From NCBI GenBank assembly GCA_030390025.1, contig JASTWF010000088.1, forward strand, positions 744,001-808,000: 64,000 nucleotides of DNA, in the 5' to 3' direction. Positions within the stretch are counted from its first letter, which is position 1. Each line of letters starts with the position of its first letter. The notes beneath the pieces are model-generated. The model saw only the letters and a program-made list of their open reading frames with translations. It was not told where the DNA came from and ran no database searches. Position numbers and translations under genes: made by a program. Positions 24,601 to 36,137 of the stretch are shown piece after piece. This DNA comes from Squalus acanthias (Eukaryota).

Positions 24601-27276
24601 GAAGGGTGGGGAGTTGGATGGGGTACAGTGTGTGTGTGAAGGGTGGGGAGTTGGATGGGGTACAGTGTGTGTGAGGGTGGGGAGTTGGATGGGGTACAGT
24701 GTGTGTGAAGGGTGGGGAGTTGGATGGGGTACAGTGTGTGTGAGAGGGTGGGGAGTTGGATGGGGTACAGTGTGTGTGAAGGGTGGGGAGTTGGATGGGG
24801 TACAGTGTGTGTGAAGGGTGGGGAGTTGGATGGGGTACAGTGTGTGTGAAGGGTGGGGAGTTGGATGGGGTACAGTGTGTGTGAGGGTGGGGAGTTGGAT
24901 GGGGTACAGTGTGTGTGAAGGGTGGGGAGTTGGATGGGGTACAGTGTGTGTGAAGGGTGGGGAGTTGGATGGGGTACAGTGTGTGTGAGAGGGTGGGGAG
25001 TTGGATGGGGTACAGTGTGTGTGAAGGGTGGGGAGTTGGATGGGGTACAGTGTGTGTGAAGGGTGGGGAGTTGGATGGGGTACAGTGTGTGTGAGGGTGG
25101 GGAGTTGGATGGGGTACAGTGTGTGTGTGAGGGTGGGGAGTTGGATGGGGTACAGTGTGTGTGAAGGGTGGGGAGTTGGATGGGGTACAGTGTGTGTGAA
25201 GGGTGGGGAGTTGGATGGGGTACAGTGTGTGTGAAAGGGTGGGGAGTTGGATGGGGTACAGTGTGTGTGAAGGGTGGGGAGTTGGATGGGGTACAGTGTG
25301 TGTGAAGGGTGGGGAGTTGGATGGGGTACAGTGTGTGTGAAGGGTGGGGAGTTGGATGGGGTACAGTGTGTGTGAAGGGTGGGGAGTTGGATGGGGTACA
25401 GTGTGTGTGAAGGGTGGGGAGTTGGATGGGGTACAGTGTGTGTGAGGGTGGGGAGTTGGATGGGGTACAGTGTGTGTGTGAAAGGGTGGGGAGTTGGATG
25501 GGGTACAGTGTGTGTGAGGGTGGGGAGTTGGATGGGGTACAGTGTGTGAGAGGGTGGGGAGTTGGATGGGGTACAGTGTGTGTGAAGGGTGGGGAGTTGG
25601 ATGGGGTACAGTGTGTGTGAAGGGTGGGGAGTTGGATGGGGTACAGTGTGTGTGAAGGGTGGGGAGTTGGATGGGGTACAGTGTGTGTGAAGGGTGGGGA
25701 GTTGGATGGGGTACAGTGTGTGTGAGGGTGGGGAGTTGGATGGGGTACAGTGTGTGTGAAAGGGTGGGAGTTGGATGGGGTACAGTGTGTGTGAGGGTGG
25801 GGAGTTGGATGGGGTACAGTGTGTGTGAAAGGGTGGGGAGTTGGATGGGGTACAGTGTGTGTGAAAGGGTGGGGAGTTGGATGGTGCACAGTGTCTGTAA
25901 AGGGTGGGGAGTTGGATGGTGTACAGTGCCTGTAAAAGGGTGGGGAGTTGGATGGGGTACAGTGTGTGTGAAAGTGTGGGGAGTTGGATGGGGTACAGTG
26001 TGTGTGTGAAGGGGTGGGGAGTTGGATGGGGTACAGTGTGTGTATGAAAGGGTAGGGAGTTAGATGGGTTACAGTGAGTGTGAAAGGGTGGGGAGTTGGA
26101 TGGGGAGCAGTGTGTGTGTGAGAGGCTGGGTATTTGTTTGGGGTACAGTGTGTGAAAGGGTCGGGATTTGGATGCTGTACATTGTGTGTGAGTGTGGGGA
26201 GTTGGATGGGGTACAGTGTGTGTGTGAGTGTGGGGAGTTGGATGGGGTACAGTGTGTGTGAAAGGCTGGGGAGTTGGATGGGGTACAGTGTTTGTGAGAG
26301 GGTGGGGAGTTGGATGGGGTACAGTGTGTGTGAAAGGGTGGGGAGTTGGATGGGTACAGTGTGTGTGTGAAAGGGTGGGGAGTTGGATGGGGTACAGTGT
26401 GTGTGAGGGTGGGGAGTTGGATGGGGTACAGTGTGTGTGAAAGGGTGGGGAGTTGGATGGGTACAGTGTGTGTGAGGGTGGGGAGTTGGATGGGGTACAG
26501 TGTGTGTGAAGGGTGGGGAGTTGGATGGGGTACAGTGTGTGTGAAGGGTGGGGAGTTGGATGGGGTACAGTGTGTGTGTGAAGGGTGGGGAGTTGGATGG
26601 GGTACAGTGTGTGTAAAGGGTGGGGAGTTGGATGGGGTACAGTGTGTGTGTGAGGGTGGGGAGTTGGATGGGGTACAGTGTGTGTGAAGGGTGGGGAGTT
26701 GGATGGGGTACAGTGTGTGTGTGAAGGGTGGGGAGTTGGATGGGGTACAGTGTGTGTGTGAAGGGTGGGGAGTTGGATGGGGTACAGTGTGTGTGAAAGG
26801 GTGGGGAGTTGGATGGGGTACAGTGTGTGTGTGAAGGGTGGGGAGTTGGATGGGGTACAGTGTGTGTGAAAGGGTGGGGAGTTGGATGGGGTTCAGTGTG
26901 TGTGAAGGGTGGGGAGTTGGATGGGGTACAGTGTGTGTGTGAAAGGGTGGGGAGTTGGATGGGGTACAGTGTGTGTGTGAAGGGTGGGGAGTTGGATGGG
27001 GTACAGTGTTTGTGTGAAAGGGTGGGGAGTTGGATGGGGTACAGTGTGTGTGTGAAAGGGTGGGGAGTTGGATGGGGTACAGTGTGTGTGTGAAAGGGTG
27101 GGGAGTTGGATGGGGTACAGTGTGTGTGAAAGGGTGGGGAGTTGGATGGGGTACAGTGTGTGTGAAAGGGTGGGGAGTTGGATGGGGTACAGTGTGTGTG
27201 TGAGAGGGTGGGGAGTTGGATGGGTTACACTGTGTATGTGAAAGAGCAGGGAGTTGGATGGGATACAGTGTGTGTG
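12679..27276 (+). repeat. Same ~35-bp G-rich satellite, right of the LTR element
   Basis: Same unit resumes immediately after the LTR and ends at about 27276. Confidence 0.98.
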
Positions 27277-27356
27277 TTAAAGGATTACAAACAGTCCATT
27301 CATTTCTGAAATGATCCAGCAGTCTTCACTATGAAATGGCTTGTCCCTGCTTGGCG

Positions 27357-30055
27357 AGAGAGAGAGAAAGAAAGTGAGGTAGAAGGACAGAGGGAGAGAG
27401 GGGGTGAGGGGGAGTAAGAGAGAGAGAGTTAGGGGAGAGAGAGAGAGAAAGGAGGGAGAGAGCAAGGAGGAAGGCGGGAGAGAGAGGGAAAGGGAGAGGG
27501 TGAGGATAAGGGAGAGACGAGGGAGCGGGAGAGTGGGAAATGGCGAGGGAGAGGGAGAGTGAGTGGGTGAAGGTGAGCGAATGGGAGAAGGAGAGAGAGA
27601 AAGACCGAGGGAGAGTGTGAGGGAGAGGGCGATCTAGTGGGAGAGGGAGGGCAAGGGAGAGGGAGAGAGAGCGAGAAAGGGAAAAGGTGAGGGAGGGGGA
27701 GAGAGAGAGAGAGAGGGAGATGGAAATGGTGAGGGAGATAGAGGGAGAGGGACAGAGAGAGAGGGTGAGGGAAAGAGGGAGGAATAGAGGGAGAGGGATA
27801 GAGAGAGAGGGTGAGGGAAAGAGGGAGAGGGTGAGGGAAAGGGAGAGGAATAGAGAGAGAGAGAGAACAAAAGAGGAGAGGGAGTGGGAGAGGGCAAGGG
27901 AGAGAGAGAGGGTGAGGGAGATGGAGAGGCCAAGAGTGAGTGTGAGAGCGAGGAAGAGGAAGAGTGTGACGGAGAGAGAGGGGGAAATTGAGGGAGTGGG
28001 AGAGAGAGGGAGTGGGAATGAGAGAGAGTGGGAACGAGAATAAGAGCGAGTGAGGGAGATGGCAAAGGAGAGAGAGAGAGAGTGAGCGAGAGAGTGAGTG
28101 GGAGGGAGAGAGGGAGAAAGGGAAATGGCGTGGGAGTTGGTGTGGGTGAGGAATAGTTAGAGGATGATGGAAAGGGTGTGAGACAGAGAGGGAGTGGGTG
28201 AGGGTGAGAGAAAGAGGAAAAGAGAGAGAGGGAGAGTGAGGGTGAGTGAGTGGGAGGAAGAGAGGAACACAGGGAGAGAGCGAGGGAAAGGGCGAGGGAG
28301 AGAGAGTAAGGGGGAGGGAGTGAGTGAGAGAAAGAGGGAGCGAGAGGGAAAGAGCGTGGGAGTGGGAGTGGGTGAGAGAGGGAGTGGGAGAGAGGGGGGC
28401 GAGAGGGAGGGAGGGAGAGGGAGGTGGAGTGGGAGAGGGCAAGGGAGAGGGAGCGGGAGAGGCCGAGAGTGAGGGTGAGAGCGCGGAAGAGGAAGAGTGC
28501 GTGGGAGAGTGATCGGGGGAAGGTGAGGGAGTGAGAGAGAGAGGGCAAGGGAGAGGGAGTGGGAAAGGGAATGGGAGAGGGAGAGTGAGTGAGGGAGAGG
28601 ATGAGAGAGTGTGAGGGAGAGGGCAAGGGATACAGAGAGTGAGGGAGAGGGTGCGAGAGAGGGAACGAGGGAAAGGGAGAGGGAGTGTGAGGGAGAGAGA
28701 GAGAGGGAAAGGGCAAGGGAGATGAAGTGGGTGAGGGAGAGACTGAGAGGACGAGGGAGCGAGTGAGTGGGAGGAAGAGAGGAACACGAAGAGGGAGAGA
28801 GGGAAAGGGCGGGGGAGAGAAAATGGGTGAGGGAGGGGGAGAGAGAGGGAAAGGGAGAGGGATAGGAAAGAACGAGGGAGAGAGCGAGGGAGAGTGTGAA
28901 TGTGAGGGAGGGAGAGGGAGAGCGAAAGGGCGATGGAGGGGGAGAGAGAGAGAGAGGGAGGGCGAGGGAGAAGGTGACGGAGTGGGAGAGAGCGCGGGAT
29001 ATGGAGAGGGAAAGGGACAGTGAGAGAGAGGACGAGAGAGAGGGAGAGTAAGTGGGAGGGAGATGGAGTGGGTGAGGGACAGAGTGAGAGTGAGGGCGAG
29101 GGAGAGAGTGAGGGAAAGGAAAATCGCAAGGGAGAGGGCGAGCCTGAGTAAGGGCGAGGGAGTGGGTGAGGAAGAAGGTGTGGATGAGGGAGAGGGAGAG
29201 TGAGAGGCCAAGAGCGAGGGTGAGGGACAGAGCAAGGAAGAGGAAGAATGTGAGGAAGAGGGAGGGCGAGAGAGAGGGCGAGGGAAAGGGGGAAAGAGAG
29301 AGGGAGTGAGGGAGACAGAGGGAGTGGGTGAGGGCGAGGGAGAGTGTGAGAGAGGGAGAGAGTGGGCGAGGGAGTGGGAAAGGGAATGAGAGACAGTGAG
29401 GGATAAGGGCGAGGGAAGGGAAGAGAGTGAGGGAGTGGGTGAGGGAGTGAGAAAGTGAGAGAGAGGGAGAGGGCAAGGGTAAGTGAGGAAGAGGGTGAAA
29501 GAGAGCGAGAGGGAGAGAGTGTGGATGATGGTGAGAGACAGTCAGTGGAAGGGAGAGGGAGAGAGAGCAAGGGAGAGGGAGTGCTTGAGGGAGAGAGAGA
29601 GGGAAGGGGCAAGTGAGATGGAGTGGGTGAGGGAGAGGGAAAGGGCGAGGGAGAGAGAGGGATAAGGTGAAAGCAGGGGGGGGTGAGTGGGGGGAGAGGG
29701 AAAGAGTTTGGGAGTGGGTGAGGGAGAAGGAGAGAGAGTACGAGGGAGAGGGAGTTGGAGAGGGAGAGGTGAGAGTGAGGGAGAGCATTAGAGAGAGAGA
29801 GAGAGCACAAAGGAAAGTGAGGAAGAGGGTAAGAGAGAGTGGGAGGAAGGGAGAGAGCGTGAGGGAGAGGGGGAGAGCGCGAGTGAGGGAGATGGTGAGA
29901 GAGTCAGTGGCAGGGAGAGAGGGAGAGATAGAGTGAGGGAGATGGTGAGTCAGTGGCAGGGAGAGGAAGAGGGGAGGGAGAGAGCGGGAGAGGAAGAGGG
30001 GAAGGGAGAGAGAGAGAGTCAGTGCGAGGGAGAGAGGGAAAGGGAGAGGGAGGAG
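27357..30055 (+). repeat. GA-rich polypurine low-complexity tract (~2.7 kb)
   Basis: Almost entirely G/A with GAGGGAGAG and GAGTGGG motifs; no fixed period. Confidence 0.95.
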
Positions 30056-30156
30056 GCTTGACACGACCTTTATGCGCTGCCTTAGTTTAGCCCCCAAGGG
30101 TGACTGGGACAGCAGATGGAATGTGGGGCAGAGCAGACGGTCGTTCGCAGGGTTTA

Positions 30157-30304
30157 CCCAGTAACTTCTGATGCTGCGGTGTGTCTAATTTCTATTGGTT
30201 GGTTGGACTGTGTGAGGTGATACTGTGCCCTTTGCTGTTTGCCCTGAAACTGAAAGCTCACACAATCCAAGCTCAGGGACTTTCCATCACACGCCTTCCC
30301 AGAA
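30157..30304 (+). promoter_or_regulatory. Candidate distal immune enhancer: X1/X2, Y, ISRE, NF-kB and GAS motifs
   Basis: CCCAGTAACTTCTG(ATGC) 30157-30170; 20-nt spacer; TCTATTGG 30191-30198; GAAACTGAAAGC 30246-30257; GGGACTTTCC 30276-30285; TTCCCAGAA 30296-30304. Confidence 0.7.
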
Positions 30305-30399
30305 ATAGCTCTCCGAAATAATCAACAATCTGGCAGCCCTAGAGACAGCTCAGAACTAACTCGGATCGTGTGACAATAGCAACATGTCAAACACCACTG

Positions 30400-30906
30400 C
30401 ACACACACACACACACACTCTCACACACTCACTCGCACAAACACATTCTCACACACACACAAAAACACACTCTTATACACACACACTCACACACACACAA
30501 AAACACACTCTTATACACACACACTCACACACACACAAAAACACACTTATACACACACACACAAACACATTCTCACACACACACAAACACACACTCATAC
30601 ATACTCATACACTCGCACACACAAACACATTCTCACTCACTCACACAAACACACACTTATACACACTCTCACACAAACACTCACATACACACTCACTCGC
30701 ACACACAAACACACTCACACACTCGCTCGTACAAACACACTCACACACACACAAACACACACTTATACACACTCACTCGCACACACAATCACACACTCAC
30801 TCGCACAAACACACACACAAACGCACACTCTTATACACACACACTCACTCACATACACTCGCACACACAAACACACTCTCACACACTCACTCACACAAAC
30901 ACACAC
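30400..30906 (+). repeat. CA-rich degenerate microsatellite
   Basis: (CA)n with ACTC/AAAC interruptions; resumes at about 31351-31530 after the SINE. Confidence 0.95.
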
Positions 30907-30910
30907 AGTG

Positions 30911-31350
30911 TCAGCTATGGCTCAGTTGGTAGCACACTGGCTCCGAGTCGGAAGGTTGTGTGTTCAAGTCCCACCCAAGGGACTTGAGCCCATTAAAGCT
31001 AGGCTGACACTCCAGTGCTGTGCTGAGGGAGTGCTGCACTGTCGGAGGTGCCGTCTTTCGGATGAGACGTTAAACCTCAGGTGGATGTAAAAGATCCCAT
31101 GGCGCTATGGAGCAGGGGAATTATCCCGGTGTCCTCACCAATATTTATCCCTCAACCAACATTACAAAAACAGATTATCTGGTCATTATTACATTGCTGT
31201 TTGTGGGACTTTGCTGTGTGCAAATTGGCTGCCGTGTTTCCCACATTACAACTGTGACTCCACTTCAAAAGTACTTCTTGGCTGTAAAGAGCTTTGAGAT
31301 GTCCGGTGGTCGTGAAAGGCGCTATATAAATGCAAGTCTTTCTTTCTTTC
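30911..31350 (+). mobile_element. tRNA-headed SINE of the Deu-domain (SacSINE1/AmnSINE1-like) group, near full length
   Basis: A box TGGCTCAGTTGG 30918-30929, B box GTTCAAGTCC 30962-30971, central CAGATTATCTGGTCATTAT...GCAAATTGGCTGCCG, LINE-like tail AAAGGCGCTATATAAATGCAAG(TCTT)n. A second copy lies at 39980. Family name is from recognition only. Confidence 0.85.
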
Positions 31351-31534
31351 ATACACTCACACAGACACATATTCTCACACATTCACTCATATACTCACAT
31401 AAACACACTCACATACAAGTACATGCTCTTACTCACTTACTTGCACATAAACACACTGTCACATATTCACATACAGACTCAGATACACACACACATTCAA
31501 GAAGACACACTCGCACACAATCTCACATACATAT

Positions 31535-32178
31535 CAGAGTAAAGGCCCAGGCCCACAGTATCAGAGTAAAGGCTCAGGCCCTCAGTCCCACAGTATGACC
31601 GTAAACGTCCAGGCTCTCAGTCCCACAGTATCAGAGTAAAGGCCCAGACCCTCAGTCCCACAGTATGACAGTAAAGGCCCAGGCTCTCAGTCCCACAGTA
31701 TCAGAGTAAAGGCCCAGACCCTCAGTCCCACAGTATGACAGTAAAGGTCCAGGCTCTCAGTCCCACAGTATCAGAGTAAAGGCCCAGACCCTCAGTCCCA
31801 CAGTATGACAGTAAAGGCCCAGGCCCACAGTATGACAGTAAAGGCCCAGGCCCACAGTATGACAGTAAAGGCCCAGACCCTCACCCACAGTATGACAGTA
31901 AAGACTCAGGCCCTCAGTCCCACAGTATGACAGTAAAGGCCCAGACCCTCAGTCCCACAGTATGACAGTAAAGGCCCAGACCCTCAGTCCCACAGTATGG
32001 CAGTAAAGGCCCAGGCCCACAGTATGACAGTAAAGGCCCAGACCCTCAGGCCCACAGTATGACAGTAAAGGCCCAGACCCTCAGTCGCACAGTATCAGAG
32101 TAAAGACTCAGGCCCTCAGTATGACAGTAAAGGCCCAGGCTCTCAGTCCCACAGTATGACAGTAAAGGCCCAGGCCTT
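31535..32178 (+). repeat. Minisatellite, 30/37-bp unit CACAGTATGACAGTAAAGGCCCAG(ACCCTCAGTCC)
   Basis: About 18 tandem units of two lengths. Confidence 0.93.
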
Positions 32179-32185
32179 GAGCCAT

Positions 32186-32535
32186 ACTGTTGGAGGAGGA
32201 TGGTGTGGTCAACCGTGTCAAAGTCTGCAGACAGGTCAAGAAAGTGAGGAGGGACAGTTTACCACGGTCACAGTCACATGGATTGTCATTTGTGACTTTG
32301 ATAAGGGCCGTTTCAGTGCTGTGTCACGGGCGGAAACCTGATTGGAGGGGTTCAAACATGGAGTTGCGGAAAAGATGGGCACGGATTCGGAAGACGACAA
32401 CACGTTCAAGGACTTGAGAGAGGAAAGGGAGGTTGGAGATGGGGCGGTAGTTTGCAAGGACAGAGGGGTCAAGGGTGGGTTTTTTGAGGAAGAGGGTTGA
32501 TGACGGCAGATTTGACAGGGAGGGGGACAGGAGCT
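32186..32535 (-). mobile_element. L2/CR1-group LINE reverse-transcriptase fragment
   Basis: Minus frame reads LKKPTLDPSVLANYRPISNLPFLSQVLERVV...LQSGFRP, then DHTILL; degenerate and truncated. Confidence 0.85.
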
Positions 32536-32933
32536 GAGGAGAGGTCTCAGTATCTGGTGACGAGCTGGTCCCGTGGTTGAACCTGCCGGTAATTCCCAGA
32601 GACAGCAAGGCTCCTCCCTCCCCAGCAGTACACAGGTCACTCAATGCTGCTGTGGAAAGTCCCAGTGATTCACCGTAGCAGATAACTGAGCAAGAAACAA
32701 ATAAAAAGAACAGAAATATCACTGAGGCAGGGGAGGAGTGGAGCGGGCGGTTAAACACGAGATCAACTGAAAACATCAGGATGGCAGCAAACGTGACACA
32801 GACACTGTCCTGTTTGCAGTATATCGTCCCGATCCCAGACTCGGCAGATAACCTGTACACAACATGGTCACAAACTTTACAATCTGAGCTCTGCCTCTCA
32901 CTTTGACAGACGTTATCAACAGGAGCAAACTCA

Positions 32934-33315
32934 CAGACTGTAGTTAGACTGTAAACAGTTTCACCCTGTGATCTCACTGCCAGACTGTAGTTAGACTGTA
33001 AACAGTTTCACCCTGTGAGCTCACTGCCAGACTGTAGTTAGACTGTAAACAGTTTCACCCTGTGAGCTCACTGCCAGACTGTAGTTAGACTGTAAACAGT
33101 TTCACCCTGTGAGCTCACTGCCAGATTGTAGTTGGACTGTAAACAGTTTCACCCTGTGAGCTCACTGCCAGACTGTAGTTATACTGTAAACAGTTTCACC
33201 CTGTGAGCTCACTGCCAGACTGTAGTTAGACTGTACACAGTTTCACCCTGTGAGCTCACTGCCAGACTGTAGTTAGACTGTACACAGTTTCACCCTGTGA
33301 GCTCACTGCCAGACT
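32934..33315 (+). repeat. 47-bp minisatellite CAGACTGTAGTTAGACTGTAAACAGTTTCACCCTGTGAGCTCACTGC (first segment)
   Basis: 8 tandem units; continues at 35305-35412, about 35492-35586 and about 36138-36184 between insertions. Confidence 0.95.
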
Positions 33316-35304
33316 ACATAGATACATAGAACAGTACAGCACAGTACAGGCCCTTCGGCGCTCGATGTTGTGCCGAGCATTGTCCGAGACCAAGATCAAG
33401 CTATCACACTCCCTATCACTCTGGTGTGCTCCATGTGCTTATCCAATAACCGCTTGAAAGTTCCTAAAGTGTCCGACTCCACTATCACAGCAGGCAGTCC
33501 ATTCCACACCCCAACCATTCTCTGAGTAAAGAATCTACCTCGGACATCCCTTCTATATCTCCCCCCATGCACCTTATAGTTATGCCCCCTTGTAACAGCT
33601 GCCTCTACCCGAGGAAATAGTCTCTGAACATCCACTCTATCTATCCCCCTCATCATCTTATAAACCTCTATTAAGTTGCCTCTCATCCTCCTCCGCTCTA
33701 AAGAGAAAAGCCCCAACTCCCTCAGCCTTTCCTCATAAGACCTCCCCCCCAAACCAGGCAGCATCCTGGTAAATCTCCTTTGCACTCTTTCCAATGCTTC
33801 CACGTCCTTCCTATAGTGAGGTGACCAGAACTGCACACAATATTCCAAATGTGGTCTCACCAAGGTCCTGTACAGTTGCAGCATAACCTCACGGTTCTTA
33901 AACTCAAACCCTCTGTTAATAAACGCCAACACACCATAGGCCTTCTTTACTGCTCTATCCACTTGAGTGGCAACCTTCAGAGATCTGTGGATATGAACCC
34001 CCAGATCCCTCTGCTCCTCCACGTTCCTCAGAACCCTGCCGTTGACCCTGTAATCCTTATTCAAATTTGCCCTACCAAAATGAATCACCTCGCACTTATC
34101 AGGGTTAAATTCCATCTGCCATTTTTCGGCCCAGCTCTGCATCCTATCAATGTCTCTTTGCAGCCTACAACTGCCCTCCACCTCATCCACTACTCCACCA
34201 ATCTTGGTGTCATCAGCAAATTTACTGATCCACCCTTCAGTCCCCTCCTCCAAGTCATTGATAAAAATCACAAACAGCAGAGGACCCAGCACCGACCCCT
34301 GTGGCACACCGCTGGTAACTGGTCTCCAGTCCGAAAATGTTCCATCCACCACCACCCTCTGCCTTCTATGAGATAGCCAGTTACTTATCCAATCGGCCAA
34401 ATTTCCCTCTATCCCACAACTCCTTACTTTCTTCATGAGACGACCATGGGGAACCTTATCAAACGCCTTACTAAAATCCATGTATACGACATCAACTGCT
34501 CTACCTTCATCTACACACTTAGTTACCTCCTCAAAGAATTCAATCAAATTTGTTAGGCAAGACTTACCCTTCACGAATCCGTGTTGACTATCCCTGATTA
34601 AGTTGCCCCTTTCCAAATGGTCATAAATCCTATCCCTCAGGACCTTTTCCATTATCTTACCAACCACCGAAGTAAGACTAACCGGCCTATAATTACCAGG
34701 GTCATTCCTATTTCCTTTCTTGAAGAGAGGAACAACATTCGCCACTCTCCAGTCCTCTGGCACCATCCCCGTGGACAGTGAGGACCCAAAGATCAAAGCC
34801 AGAGGCTCTGCAATCTCCTCCCTTGCCTCCCAAAGAATCCTAGGATATATCCCATCTGGCCCAGGGGACTTATCGACCCTCAGGTTTCAAAATTGCTGAA
34901 ACATCTTCCCTCAGAACATCTACCACCTCCAGCCTATCCACCTTTATCACACTCTCATCCTCAAGAACATGGCCCCTCTCCTCGGTGAACACTGACGAAA
35001 AGTATTCATTCATCACCTCTCCTATCTCTTCTGACTCCATGCACAAGTTCCCACTACTGTCCTTGACCGGCCCTACCCTCACCCTGGTCATTCTTTTATT
35101 TCTCACATAAGAGTAAAAAGCCTTGGGGTTTTTCTTGATCCGACCCGCCAAGGACTTCTCATGCCCCCTCCTAGCTCTCCTAAGCTCTTTTTTTAGCTCA
35201 TTCCTTGCTACCTTGTACCCCTCAATCGACCCAACTGAACCTTGTTTTCTCATCCTTACATACGCTTCCTTTTTCCTCTTGACTAGACATTCAACCTCTT
35301 TTGT
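33316..35304 (-). mobile_element. 5'-truncated CR1 LINE with ORF2 RT domain (466-aa open stretch 33396-34796; frameshift near 34870)
   Basis: NYRPVSLTS, QHGF, DFSKAFD, GVPQGSVLGP, FADD, RPHLEYC motifs; 3' tail of TCTATGT(A) repeats at 33316-33330. Confidence 0.95.
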
Positions 35305-35412
35305 GTAGTTAGACTGTACGCAGTTTCACCCTGTGAGCTCACTGCCAGACTGTAGTTAGACTGTACACAGTTTCACCCTGTGATCTCACTCCCAGACTGT
35401 AGTTATACTGTA

Positions 35413-35491
35413 ATAGAATCAGAAAATGCTGGAAATACTCAGCAGGCCAGGCAGATTTCAAATTTCCAGCATCCGTAGTATTTTGCTTTTG
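35413..35491. repeat. Short foldback insertion, probably a Penelope-type terminal-repeat remnant
   Basis: ATGCTGGAAAT...ATTTCCAGCAT inverted repeat interrupting the 47-bp minisatellite. Confidence 0.55.
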
Positions 35492-35586
35492 TGTAGTTAG
35501 ACTGTAAACTGTTTCACCCTGTCATCTCACTCCCAGATTGTAGTTATACCGTACACAGTTTAACCTGTGATCTCACTCCCAGACTA

Positions 35587-36137
35587 TTTTATTACTCGTT
35601 CCTGGGAGGTGAGCGACGCTGGCAAGGCCAGCATTTATGGCCCATCACTAGCCATCACCTTGACAAGGTGGTGGTGAGCCACCTTCTTGAACCGCTGCAA
35701 CCCATGTGGTGAAGGTACTCCCACAGTGCTGTTAGGGCAGGAGTTCCAGGATTTTAACCCAGCGACGATGAAGGAATGGCGATATATTTCCAAGTCAGGA
35801 TGGTGTGTGACTTGGAGGGGAACTTGGAGGTGGTGGTGTTCCCATGCGCCTTCAGTCCTTGTCCTTCCAGATGGTAGAGGTTGCGGGTTTGGGAGGTGCT
35901 GTTAGAAAAGCTTTGCCAAGTTGCTGCTGTGTATATTTTAGATGGTACACACTGCAGCCAGGGTGCGCCGGTGGTGGAGGGAATGAATGTTTAAGGTGGT
36001 GGATGGTGTGCCAATCAAGCGGACTGCTTTGTCCAGGATGGTGCCGCGTTTCTTGAGTGTTGTTGGAGCTGCACTCATCCAGGCAAGTGGCGAGTATTCC
36101 ATCACACTCCTTACTTGTGCCTTGTAGATGGTGAAAA
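35587..36137 (-). mobile_element. 3' fragment of a non-LTR retrotransposon (ORF2 C-terminus and 3' UTR)
   Basis: Minus frame reads YKAQVRSVMEYSPLAWMSAAPTTLKK...IHSLHHRR, typical of a LINE RT C-terminus; contains stops; interrupts the 47-bp array. Confidence 0.75.

Noticed and set aside
12370-25889. Very long minus-strand ORFs (3256 and 4172 aa) and many short plus-strand ORFs in the 35-bp satellite
   Set aside because: The C/A-rich strand of the unit has no stop codons in any frame; translations are pure H/T/P repeats.
1-27276. Telomeric-repeat interpretation of the G-rich arrays
   Set aside because: No (TTAGGG)n tracts are present.
27277-27356. 80-bp unique stretch preceded on the minus strand by a long pyrimidine tract and AG (possible exon)
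   Set aside because: No recognisable peptide, donor or partner exons; the pyrimidine tract is just the GA repeat.
27429-30097. S/L/P-rich and R/E/G-rich ORFs
   Set aside because: Translations of the GA low-complexity tract.
30911-30985. tRNA-like sequence with A and B boxes
   Set aside because: It is the head of a SINE; no complete cloverleaf.
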